A stretch of DNA of 64,000 bases from the NCBI GenBank assembly GCA_963668645.2, contig CAXXWC010000021.1, forward strand, positions 256,001-320,000, read 5' to 3'. The notes beneath the pieces are model-generated. The model saw nothing but the letters and a program-made list of their open reading frames with translations. It was not told the DNA's origin and searched no databases. Position 1 is the first letter of the stretch. Every line of letters begins with the position of its first letter. Source of the stretch: Desulfobacterales bacterium. GTDB taxonomy: Bacteria > Desulfobacterota > Desulfobacteria > Desulfobacterales > UBA2174. Below are positions 1 to 9,000 of the stretch, one piece after another. Made by a program: the position numbers and the translations under genes.

Positions 1-678
1 CTTAACGGGATCAAGATCGACGGGCACCCCCACCCGGTGCGACTGATGAACGGTCCGTCGGTGCGGCGCGAAGGACTCTTCGAGGTGCCGGTGGCCCTGT
101 TCAACGGCAACGGCTGCAACGGCAGCGGCCGGGTGCACAGCCGGGCCCGGGCGATTCTGGCCGATGGCTGGCCGTCCCCGCCGCCGGCCGCCCCCCCCTT
201 GCTCGATCTGGAACCGTTTCCCCTGAGCGTAGCTGAAGCATACGGCCAGGTCCTTTTCCACGGCGAACGGCTGCACGGCATCCGGCACATCGATGGCTGC
301 TCGCAACGCGGCATGGTGGCCCGGCTGGCCCCGGCCCCGGCCCCGGGCCGCTGGATCCGCCAGCCCTTGCGCAGCCGCTGGGTCACCGATCCACTGGTAC
401 TGGACGCGGCCTTTCAGATGGCGATCCTCTGGTGCTACGCCCGGCGGGATGCGGTTTCCCTGCCGGCCTATGCTCAAAGCTATCGCCAGTATTGCCGGCG
501 CTTTCCATCAGAAGGCGTCACGGCCGAACTGCGGGTGCGGGATGTTACGGCCCGACGCCTCGAAGCCGATTTCACCTTCCTGGACAACCAACACCGGGTG
601 GTGGCGGTCCTTTCCGGCTACCAGGCCACCTTGGACCCGTCCCTGGCCGGAGCCTTCAAGCAGTGCCGGGCGGCCTGA
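1..678 (+). CDS. 3' end of a PfaA-like iterative PKS/PUFA synthase (C-terminal PKS-type dehydratase domain); 5'-truncated by window edge
   Basis: Frame is open from base 1 (LNGIKIDG...). LFHGERLHGI and DPLVLDAAFQMAILW match PS-DH second-half motifs; lies near a PfaC-like gene. Confidence 0.75.
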   Translation, partial: LNGIKIDGHPHPVRLMNGPSVRREGLFEVPVALFNGNGCNGSGRVHSRARAILADGWPSPPPAAPPLLDLEPFPLSVAEAYGQVLFHGERLHGIRHIDGCSQRGMVARLAPAPAPGRWIRQPLRSRWVTDPLVLDAAFQMAILWCYARRDAVSLPAYAQSYRQYCRRFPSEGVTAELRVRDVTARRLEADFTFLDNQHRVVAVLSGYQATLDPSLAGAFKQCRAA

Positions 679-728
679 GAAGATCTGCCAGTGCACCGCT
701 AACGCCGTGCACCCAACCGAAAATGTTC

Positions 729-2150
729 TCAGATTCCAGTGCTCGGGTCGAGTGGGAAAGGCGATGCCCGGCGGGTCCTTTCGTAAACCCGCTGGCGGGC
801 CCGGGCCGCGGCCGCCAGCACGTCCACCCGCGCATCCACGTAGTCGTAGACCCGGGCTTTGCGTTTACCCGGGGCCGGGCGCAGGACCCTGCCCAGGTAC
901 TGCAGCACCCGCCCGCTGAAGCGGATCGGGGTGGCAAAAAAGAGGGTCCCCAGCTCGCGGCAGTCGAAGCCCTCGCCAATGAGCTGGCCGGTGGCCACCA
1001 GCACCTGCACTTGCCCCTGGTTGAGCTTTTCGAGCACCGCCTGGCGCTCGGCTGCGGCCATGTCGCCGGTGAGCCGTTCGGCCCCGATGCCGTGCCGGTA
1101 TTGTAAAAGGGCCTGGAGCGTTTCACAGTGGCGCCGGCGATCGGAAAGCACCAAAATGGCGCCCGGCCGGGCCGCAGCCTCACTGGCCACATCGTCGGCG
1201 ATCATGCGGTTGCGCCGGTCGTCGCCGGTCAATTCCGAGAGCATCCGGCTGTATTCGTTGACCGCATCGGCATAAGGTGAAAACTCGGTATGGCGCCAGA
1301 TCACCTCGGCATCCAGCACGTCCCCGCTCGATACCAGCCGGCCCTGGTCGATCTCGTGGCACAGGTTGCCCAGGTGCCAGAAAATCAGCTGGGACAGCTT
1401 GTCCCGGCGATACGGGGTGGCCGAAAGCCCGAGCATATAGCGGCTGTCAAAGGCGGTAACCGCTTCGGTAAAAGTCCGGCTCGGGCACCGGTGGCATTCA
1501 TCCACCACCACGAAGCCGATCCGCGGCGCCACGGCCTCGACATGCTTGTAAAGGGTCTGGACCATGGCCACGGTGACCGCATCGCCGATGCACACCTTGC
1601 CGTGGCCGATCCGCCCTACGGCCTCGGGCGGAATGTCGAGAAACTGGCCGATACGTTCGATCCACTGGTTTTGCAGCTCGCGCGTGTGGACGACAATCAG
1701 CGTCGGCTGGCGCCTGGCCGCGATCGCAGCCAGAGCCATGACGGTCTTGCCCGAACCGGTAGGCGCGCTGAGCACCCCGAAATCCTTGGCCAGGCAGGCG
1801 TCCACCGCCTGCTGTTGGAAGGGTTTGAGGGTCCCGCCGAAGTTCAACGCGCAAGGTTCCAGTGAACGCCTCCGATCCGCGATGCGAAAGGGGACGGCGC
1901 GGCTGCGCAGCAGATCCACCAGCGGGCGGAGGTAGCCCCGCGGCACGCGCAGCCCGTCGCGCCCCAGCTCCTCATAGAATTTCAGAATCTTAGGGATATT
2001 GCGGGTCCAGCGGCCCAGGCGGACCGCCTCGAGGTAGCGCGGATTCTCGAATTGGAGCTTGCCCTTGAGGGTCTGGCGCAAATCGGCTGTCAGACGCCGG
2101 ATGGTCAGGGCCGCGTCCAGGGTCATGACCAATTCGGGAGGCAGGCTCAT
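729..2150 (-). CDS. Superfamily II DEAD/DEAH-box (ResIII-like) helicase
   Basis: APTGSGKT Walker A, DECH box, SAT motif III, GEGFD, QYLGRVLR motif VI. Start placed at ATG 2150, overlapping the upstream stop. Confidence 0.9.
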   Translation of the reverse strand: MSLPPELVMTLDAALTIRRLTADLRQTLKGKLQFENPRYLEAVRLGRWTRNIPKILKFYEELGRDGLRVPRGYLRPLVDLLRSRAVPFRIADRRRSLEPCALNFGGTLKPFQQQAVDACLAKDFGVLSAPTGSGKTVMALAAIAARRQPTLIVVHTRELQNQWIERIGQFLDIPPEAVGRIGHGKVCIGDAVTVAMVQTLYKHVEAVAPRIGFVVVDECHRCPSRTFTEAVTAFDSRYMLGLSATPYRRDKLSQLIFWHLGNLCHEIDQGRLVSSGDVLDAEVIWRHTEFSPYADAVNEYSRMLSELTGDDRRNRMIADDVASEAAARPGAILVLSDRRRHCETLQALLQYRHGIGAERLTGDMAAAERQAVLEKLNQGQVQVLVATGQLIGEGFDCRELGTLFFATPIRFSGRVLQYLGRVLRPAPGKRKARVYDYVDARVDVLAAAARARQRVYERTRRASPFPLDPSTGI

Positions 2151-2782
2151 GGTCCGGTCCCCACCTCCGGCACGAGGCCGGCGCGGCGCTTGACCCGCAG
2201 CATTCCCGGGCTGGTGTTGAGATACATCAACGGTGAACGGTACCCGGCCGCCATCCACCACTGCTCCAGATCGTCAAAGAGCACAGGCCGGTCCGGCCAG
2301 CGGAAACGGCCGGCTTCGTCACGCAGCGACTGCCAGCAGCTTTTCAAATCCGGCTCGGGGTCGAGGACCTGCGCCTCTGCGCGGTCGCACAAAAACAGGG
2401 CGCAGCCCAGGGGCCGGATGCGCCACAGGCAGCCCTGCGCTCCCAGGTAGATGCACTTGAACCCGGTGTTGGGCTGAAGCAGACGCCGCTCCAGGGTCTC
2501 GAGTTCATCGGGACTGGAGGCCAGCGCGTTGATGACCGCATCGGCGAAAAATGTGATGATCCCTTCGCGGCTGCAACAGGCGCTGAGCCTGTTGCTATAG
2601 CAGCTCGGCTGGCATACGGCCCGAAAATGAATCTCGAGAAAATCATCCAGCCGCCGGCGATAGTCGCGGTAGTCGGCCAGAGCGGCGTCGATCTGTACCG
2701 TCATCCACCTTTGGGTCGCCGACAGATGGGCGCGGATCATCTCGAGCGCCTGTTGCTGCTCCTGCTGGTAGGCGGATGGCAT
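2147..2782 (-). CDS. Cys-rich hypothetical protein (YkgJ/CxxCxxCC-like metal-binding)
   Basis: CQPSC...ACC and CIYLGAQGC...RPLGC...FLC cysteine pattern; coupled to the helicase by ATGA overlap. Confidence 0.65.
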   Translation of the reverse strand: MPSAYQQEQQQALEMIRAHLSATQRWMTVQIDAALADYRDYRRRLDDFLEIHFRAVCQPSCYSNRLSACCSREGIITFFADAVINALASSPDELETLERRLLQPNTGFKCIYLGAQGCLWRIRPLGCALFLCDRAEAQVLDPEPDLKSCWQSLRDEAGRFRWPDRPVLFDDLEQWWMAAGYRSPLMYLNTSPGMLRVKRRAGLVPEVGTGP

Positions 2783-2923
2783 CCTGTTCACTGGTCCTTG
2801 CTGGTGTCCTGGTGTCGTCCGGGCGGCATGCGGATCGGTTCCTGCCAGTCTCCTGTCAAACCCGGAGACTGGATTCCCTATAGCGGTTTTAACAGCGGTT
2901 GACAAACAGCGCGTCCCCTGTTT

Positions 2924-4690
2924 ATGGGTTCCTGGATGAAGACCCCCCTTGCCCCAGGCGACCGCGGGACTACGGCCCAGGCCCTTTACCAGAGCATCTT
3001 CGAACATGCCGGCGCCCCGTCTATCATCGTTGAGGATGACTTCGGCATCTCCATGGCCAACCCGGAGTTCGCCCGTCTGACCGGCTTTTCATGCGAAGAA
3101 ATCCAGGGACGCATGACCCTGCTCGATTTTCTGCCCGAAGAAGAGATCGAACGGGTGCGCACTTATCATAAGGCGCGGCGCGACGGACGCCAGGATGTGC
3201 CGAGCCATTACGAGTGCCGCATCCGGGTGCGCAGCGGCAAGCTGCGCCACATCCTGATGAAGGTCGGCCTGATTCCCGGACCGCGGCGCACCATCGCCTC
3301 GCTCACCGACATCACCTCCCTCAGGCAGGCGACTGAGGCCCTGGCCGAGCGCGAGGCTCTCTACAGCGCCATTCTGGAAGGCTACGAAGGCTACATCTAT
3401 TTCATCGGCCCGGATTTCCGCCTGCGTTTTCTCAACGAAAACCTCATGCGGACGATCGGCGGCGACGCCACGGGTCAGTTCTGCCACCGGGCTCTGCACG
3501 GACGCGAGAGCCCCTGTCCCTGGTGCGTCAGCGACCAGGTTTTCGCCGGCCGCACGGTGCGCTTCGAGATGCGCAATCCCCACGACAAGCGCTGGTACTA
3601 CAGCGTCAACATCCCCATCCGCCACGCGGACGGCAGCCTGTCCTACCAGGCCATGATCGAGGACATCCACGAGCGCAAGCAGATGGAACTGGCCCTGCGC
3701 CACAGCGAATCGCAACTGCGCCAGGAAAACCGGCAACTGCGCTCGTCGCTCCAGGAACGCAACCGCTTCGGTCCCATCATCGGCCGCAGCCCGGCCATGC
3801 AGGCCGTCTACGAGATAATCGGTAAGGCGGCGGCCAGCGATGCCAACATCATCATCTACGGCGAATCGGGAACCGGCAAGGAACTCGTGGCCCGGGCGAT
3901 CCACGACAGCAGCGCCCGGCGGGACAAGGCCTTTGTTCCGGTCAACTGCGGCGCCATTCCTGAAAACCTTGTGGAAAGTGAATTTTTCGGGCATCGCAAA
4001 GGCGCCTTTTCCGGTGCCGTGACCGACAAACCGGGATTTCTGGACGCCGCCCGGGGCGGCACCCTCTTTCTGGACGAAGTGGGCGAAATCGACGAAAACG
4101 TCCAGGTCAAACTGCTGCGGGCCGTCGAAGGGGGCGGCTATACCCCGGTGGGGGGGACCAAACTGCATCGAGCCGACATGCGCATCATCGCCGCCACCAA
4201 TCGGGACCTGACCGTGCTGGTGGACGGCGGCCAGATGCGCCAGGATTTCTACTATCGCATCCATATCGTTCCGATTCATCTGCCGCCTCTGCGCGAGCGG
4301 CGCGAGGATATCTCCCTTCTGGTGGAAGCCCTGCTGGCCGCCTACCCGTCCGAATGCCGCCCCCGGCTAACCCCTGAACTGATCCGACGCCTGGAAGCCT
4401 ATCACTGGCCGGGCAACGTGCGTGAACTGCAAAACGTGCTCCATCGACTCGCCACCATCGGCCGGCTCGATCTGGGCCGCCACGAGACGGCCCGGCGTGG
4501 TGGACTCGACCCTCCGAGCACGGCCCGGGATGCGGCCCGGCCGCTGCGCGCGACCATGGCCGACGCCGAACGACAACTGATTTTAGAAAGCCTGGAGCAG
4601 CATCGCTGGAACCGCAAAGCCGCAGCCCGTCAGATGGGAATCGGCCTGCGGACCCTGCAACGAAAACTCAAGATGCTTGGGATCACCTGA
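2924..4690 (+). CDS. PAS-PAS sigma54-dependent transcriptional activator (Fis HTH)
   Basis: GESGTGKE, GAFSGA (variant of GAFTGA), FLDEVG, WPGNVREL, C-terminal HTH. Confidence 0.92.
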   Translation: MGSWMKTPLAPGDRGTTAQALYQSIFEHAGAPSIIVEDDFGISMANPEFARLTGFSCEEIQGRMTLLDFLPEEEIERVRTYHKARRDGRQDVPSHYECRIRVRSGKLRHILMKVGLIPGPRRTIASLTDITSLRQATEALAEREALYSAILEGYEGYIYFIGPDFRLRFLNENLMRTIGGDATGQFCHRALHGRESPCPWCVSDQVFAGRTVRFEMRNPHDKRWYYSVNIPIRHADGSLSYQAMIEDIHERKQMELALRHSESQLRQENRQLRSSLQERNRFGPIIGRSPAMQAVYEIIGKAAASDANIIIYGESGTGKELVARAIHDSSARRDKAFVPVNCGAIPENLVESEFFGHRKGAFSGAVTDKPGFLDAARGGTLFLDEVGEIDENVQVKLLRAVEGGGYTPVGGTKLHRADMRIIAATNRDLTVLVDGGQMRQDFYYRIHIVPIHLPPLRERREDISLLVEALLAAYPSECRPRLTPELIRRLEAYHWPGNVRELQNVLHRLATIGRLDLGRHETARRGGLDPPSTARDAARPLRATMADAERQLILESLEQHRWNRKAAARQMGIGLRTLQRKLKMLGIT

Positions 4691-4723
4691 ATAAGGGAGT
4701 GGCAGCCAAAATCGGCGCTTTAA

Positions 4724-4810
4724 GTGCCATTTCTGGCACAATTTCCTTATCTTGATTTATTCCTACCAGTTCGAAATTCAATCGCCATAAACAGTGCCAA
4801 TATTGGCACT
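4724..4810. promoter_or_regulatory. Two palindromic enhancer-like sites GTGCCA-N4-TGGCAC
   Basis: GTGCCATTTCTGGCAC at 4724-4739 and perfect palindrome AGTGCCAATATTGGCACT at 4793-4810, directly after an activator gene. Confidence 0.7.
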
Positions 4811-4911
4811 TTTGCGGAAACGCCCGCCCGTTTCGTCCCATCGCTCGACGATCTCAATACTTACTTTTATTTCAATATTTTATTCGTCTTATAGGAGAAA
4901 TTTAGAACGGC

Positions 4912-4926
4912 TGGCACGCCTTGTGA
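4912..4926 (+). promoter_or_regulatory. Putative sigma54 -24/-12 promoter (imperfect -12)
   Basis: TGGCACGCCTTGTGA: the -24 element matches, GA replaces GC at -12; preceded by an AT-rich tract and the palindromes. Confidence 0.5.
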
Positions 4927-5032
4927 TTATCAAACGCGCGGTGTCATCATCGACAACCACCAGCCCAAGCGGGCAATTCAAACCCGGGATCGCCAACACG
5001 CATTGGATCCCATCAAAGAAAAGGCATCAATC

Positions 5033-5170
5033 ATGAACCTTGCACATCGCCCCACGATTTCCCATCCTCGCCATCAGACCTCCGAAGGCCGCGCCTACCT
5101 GCACTCTTTTTGCGCCGTCACCGTTTTCATCGCCCTGGCCCTGGTCTATTTTAAAGATCTTCTGTTTTGA
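5033..5170 (+). CDS. 45-aa small membrane protein (not in the ORF track)
   Basis: MNLAHRPTISHPRHQTSEGRAYLHSFCAVTVFIALALVYFKDLLF; purine-rich RBS-like AAAGAAAAGG upstream; hydrophobic C-terminal helix. Confidence 0.55.
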   Translation: MNLAHRPTISHPRHQTSEGRAYLHSFCAVTVFIALALVYFKDLLF

Positions 5171-5182
5171 GCACGCCACCAA

Positions 5183-5208
5183 CAGCGCCGCCCGCAGCGG
5201 CGGCGCTG
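5183..5208 (+). terminator. GC-rich hairpin after the small ORF
   Basis: CAGCGCCGCC-CGCAGC-GGCGGCGCTG, a perfect 10-bp stem with a weak U tail. Confidence 0.45.
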
Positions 5209-5332
5209 CTTCCTGCCGTTCAACCCAGCGCCCACTTTCCCCAATCCGCCAAAACCGGTTGACCCTGATACACGACCTCGATATAGGAAGCAGACGCATT
5301 CCCCCCTTTCAACACCACGGATCATTGACGCC

Positions 5333-5800
5333 ATGCTTCAAATCGATCTCCAAGAGGTCCGTGAGGCCATTTCCGCCGGTCCCCACGCCCATTTTCTGGA
5401 AGCACTCGAAGACGATGAACTGCTTTCGAGAATCCTCAAGGTCGCAGATCGTCAGATTCGTCTCAGACCGGCGAACCTGATTCCTCACCGGGTGGGCCAT
5501 CTGCTCCACAACCTGCTCCACCTTCGACCTGAGGTGCGTACGACATTATTCAACCATCTGTTTTATTTTTTACAATTAGCACCCGATATTAAAGATTATC
5601 CGGAGGCTGAAACACCCTCTGAAAACTCGGCTTCGTTTTCCGGTGGGGATTTATTGATGCCTGCCGTCGCCCCTCCGGCAATGCCCCCTGCCCCGAGCAA
5701 AGCGGCCTTCTACCAGTTCCAGCGGCGCCCGCCGGATCTCTTCGACCGCTTCCTGAACCAAGTCGCCGTCCTGATGCGCGGATGGACGTGTCAGCTTTAA
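5333..5800 (+). CDS. Hypothetical protein
   Basis: 155-aa ORF with helical, protein-like composition; no family recognised. Confidence 0.5.
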   Translation: MLQIDLQEVREAISAGPHAHFLEALEDDELLSRILKVADRQIRLRPANLIPHRVGHLLHNLLHLRPEVRTTLFNHLFYFLQLAPDIKDYPEAETPSENSASFSGGDLLMPAVAPPAMPPAPSKAAFYQFQRRPPDLFDRFLNQVAVLMRGWTCQL

Positions 5801-6037
5801 AGCGTCAACCCCTGGCCCCTTACAAAGACCTGACTCAGCCCTGCGCCTCGTGCGTCTCAGCGACCGGATTCGTGGGTTCGATCGGCGAGGATGCACGCGA
5901 TGGCCGCCCCAGTCCGGCTGCGAATCGATGGTTTTTACCCAAAAACGTCGATGCACCGGTTCTGTTCGCCTTGCCTTGTTAGGGTGAAGCGGATATAAAT
6001 AGCGTTTTGGCTCGAACCCTATGAAATTCAAGGTAGT

Positions 6038-9000
6038 ATGCAAAAACCGTTTGAAATCGCCGTGGTGGGCATGGGCGGGGTTTTCCCCGGCGCCCCGGAT
6101 ACGGCCACATTCTGGCGCAACATCTGCGACGCCCGTTCGGCCATCTCAGACGCGCCACCTGAACGTTGGATCGCCCCGGCAGAAGCCGTGGTCCGTAGCG
6201 CCCCTGAACCGGACAAGGCTCTGGGCCGCAGATGCGGCCTGGTGACCGGGCTGGATTTTGATCCGGATGGATTCACCCTGCCTGCAAGCGAAATCCGGGA
6301 CCTGGATCCGCTCTATCATCTGGTTTTGCAGGCCGGCCGCGAGGCCGTGGCCGGCGGATGCCTCCGGCGTGTCCACACCCGGCGCGCGGGTACGATTCTG
6401 GCGGCCATCGCCCTGCCCACCAACGGCTCCTCCCTTCTGGCCCACCATCTCTTTTCCCAGGCCGTGGCGGCCCAGATCGATCCGGCCGGAAAAGCGAGGC
6501 TGCACCCGCCCTCCCGGGCTGCATGCCGGGCTGCGCGGGTCACCGGATTTCCGGCCGCTGTGCTGGCCTCAGCCCTGGATCTGGGCGGCGGCGGGTACAC
6601 CCTGGATGCGGCCTGCGCCAGTTCCCTTTACGCCGTACGCCTGGCCTGCGATGCACTGACCGCCGGGCGCCTGGACGCGGTCCTGGCCGGCGGGGTTTCG
6701 CGGCCCGATTGCCTCTATACCCAGATCGGCTTCAGCCAGCTGCGGGCCCTTTCCCCCTCAGGCCGCTGCGCCCCGTTCGACGCGGGGGCCGACGGTCTGG
6801 TAGTGGGCGAAGGGGCCGGGATCCTGGTCCTCAAACGCCTGGCCGACGCCGTAGCGGCCGGTGATCCCATCCACGCCGTGATCCGGGCTGCGGGTCTGTC
6901 CAACGACATGCGCGGCAACCTGCTGGCCCCCGAGGTGCTGGGCCAGGTACGGGCCATGCACAACGCCTACCGCCAGGCAGGCTGGATTCCGGGGCGGGTG
7001 GACCTGATTGAATGCCACGGCGCCGGCACCCCGGTGGGTGACCGCACCGAAATTGAAAGCCTGCACCGGCTCATCGCCGATAATGGACCGCCGCCGGGTG
7101 CCTGCGCCATCGGATCGATCAAATCGATGATCGGCCACCTGCTCACCGCCGCCGGGGCAGCCGGATTGATCAAGACCATCCTGGCGATGCAAAACCGGGT
7201 TCTTCCCCCTTCGCTCAATTTCACCACCCCGGCCGATGCGCGTCTGGACGGCAGCGGACCTTTCCGCGTCCAGACCCGGGCGTCGTCATGGGAGCCGGTT
7301 CATGGCGACGGTTTGCGCCGGGCCGCAGTGAGCGCATTCGGCTTCGGCGGCATCAACGCCCACCTGCTGATGGAGCAGTGGCGCCCTGAGCCCAGCGTCC
7401 GGCAAGCAGCTCACGTCGCTACGCAAAAACCGATGCCGGTGGCCATCGTGGGCCTGGCGGCCCGGGTGGGAAGCCGGGAGGGGCTGTCACCCCTGGCGGA
7501 CGGGGCCCCATACCTTGCCCCTCTTTCGGACCGGCGCTGGCGCGGACTGGGACGCATGGCGGACAGGATCTTCACCCAAAGGCCCAGGGGGGCATTCGTC
7601 GAAAACCTGGAATTTCCCGCCGGCCGTTTTCGCATTCCGCCCAGCGAAATCCCGGATCTTCTGGCCCAGCAGCTCTTGATGCTCCAGGTGGGGGCCGCGG
7701 CCCTGGCCGATGCTGGGCTGCCCGTGCGCGATCAGCGCCCGCGCATGGGAACAGTGATCGGCATGGAATTCGATCCCCAGGCTACAGATTTTTACCTGCG
7801 CTGGCGCTGGACCCGCGTCGGGGACCGCTGCGAACCGGAATCCCAATGGCCGGCTGACCTTGACGATCCCCAGGCCCTGGCCGCCTGGCGCCGTCATCTG
7901 GGCCAGGCGGTCTCCCCGCCCCTGACCCCCACCCGCACCGTGGGCAATTTGGGCGGGATCGTGGCCAGCCGCCTGGCGCGCGAATTCGGTCTTGGCGGTC
8001 CGAGCTTCGGGGTCTCGGCCCAGGCCCTGGGCGGGTTGCAGGCTCTGGAAATCGCCGTGCGCTTCCTGCAGCAGGGTGAGGCCGACCTGATGCTGGCCGG
8101 GGCCGTGGAGCTCACCGGGGATCTGCGCAACCTGGTGGCGAACCATGTCCTGGACGGGCTTGGCGGCCCGCAGCTGCCGGTGGGTGAAGGGGCCCTGGCC
8201 CTGGTGCTCAAGCGGCTTGATGACGCCCGGAGCGACGGTGATCGGATCCACGCCGTCATCGAAGGGATCGGCGCGGCCTCGGGTACCTGGCACGATCAAG
8301 CTCCCATGGCCCCCGAAGTCCTGGTGCACGCCGCGACAGCGGCCTTTGAGGAAGCCGGACCCAGAGCCGGCCAAATCGACGGGGTCGCGCCCCTCGGTAC
8401 CGGATTCGAACGGATCGAGAGCGTCGAAAATGAGGCCCTGGCCGCCATCTTCGATCCTGATCCTGCGCCTCCGGCCGACACGGCGCTCCCAATCTGCGGC
8501 TTTGCCGGCTGCGCCGCCGGCCTGACGGCCCTGGTGCGGGCGGTCCTGCGTATGGACGGCTGTTCCGGGCCTGCGGGCTCTCCGGCTTCAGACGAAAAAA
8601 TTTCCCCACCGCCACATAGGGCCGTGCTGGTGGGAGGGCCGAGTACGGACGGCGGCGCTCTCTACCTGGTGCTGTCCGGCGGCGGGTCCGGCCGGAAGCG
8701 GGACGCCGCCCAAAGTCCTGATAACGGGGCAAAGATCGCCGTTCCGGTCAGCCGCCCGCTGCAGATTCCGCCCCTGCCCCCTGGGCCGGCGGCCCGCAGC
8801 GCGGGGGAGCCTTCTATTTCGCGGCCGAATGAAGAAGATCCAGCGGCCGCCCTGAACCGCTTGGTGGCCGGCAGCGCAGCAATGGCCCGGGCCCATGAAG
8901 CGTATCTGGATCTGTCGCTCCAGCTTCGCCGGCAGTACATCGAGGCCCTGGGGCTCCAGGCGCGCCTGGGGGCCGCACTGGCGTCCGAGCCCGGGGTGCG

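Noticed and set aside
729..2150. Helicase as a restriction or defence system
   Set aside because: No nuclease, DNA methyltransferase or other defence gene is adjacent.
5845..5955. Hairpins upstream of the PfaC-like gene as a riboswitch
   Set aside because: Imperfect stems with no recognisable aptamer consensus.
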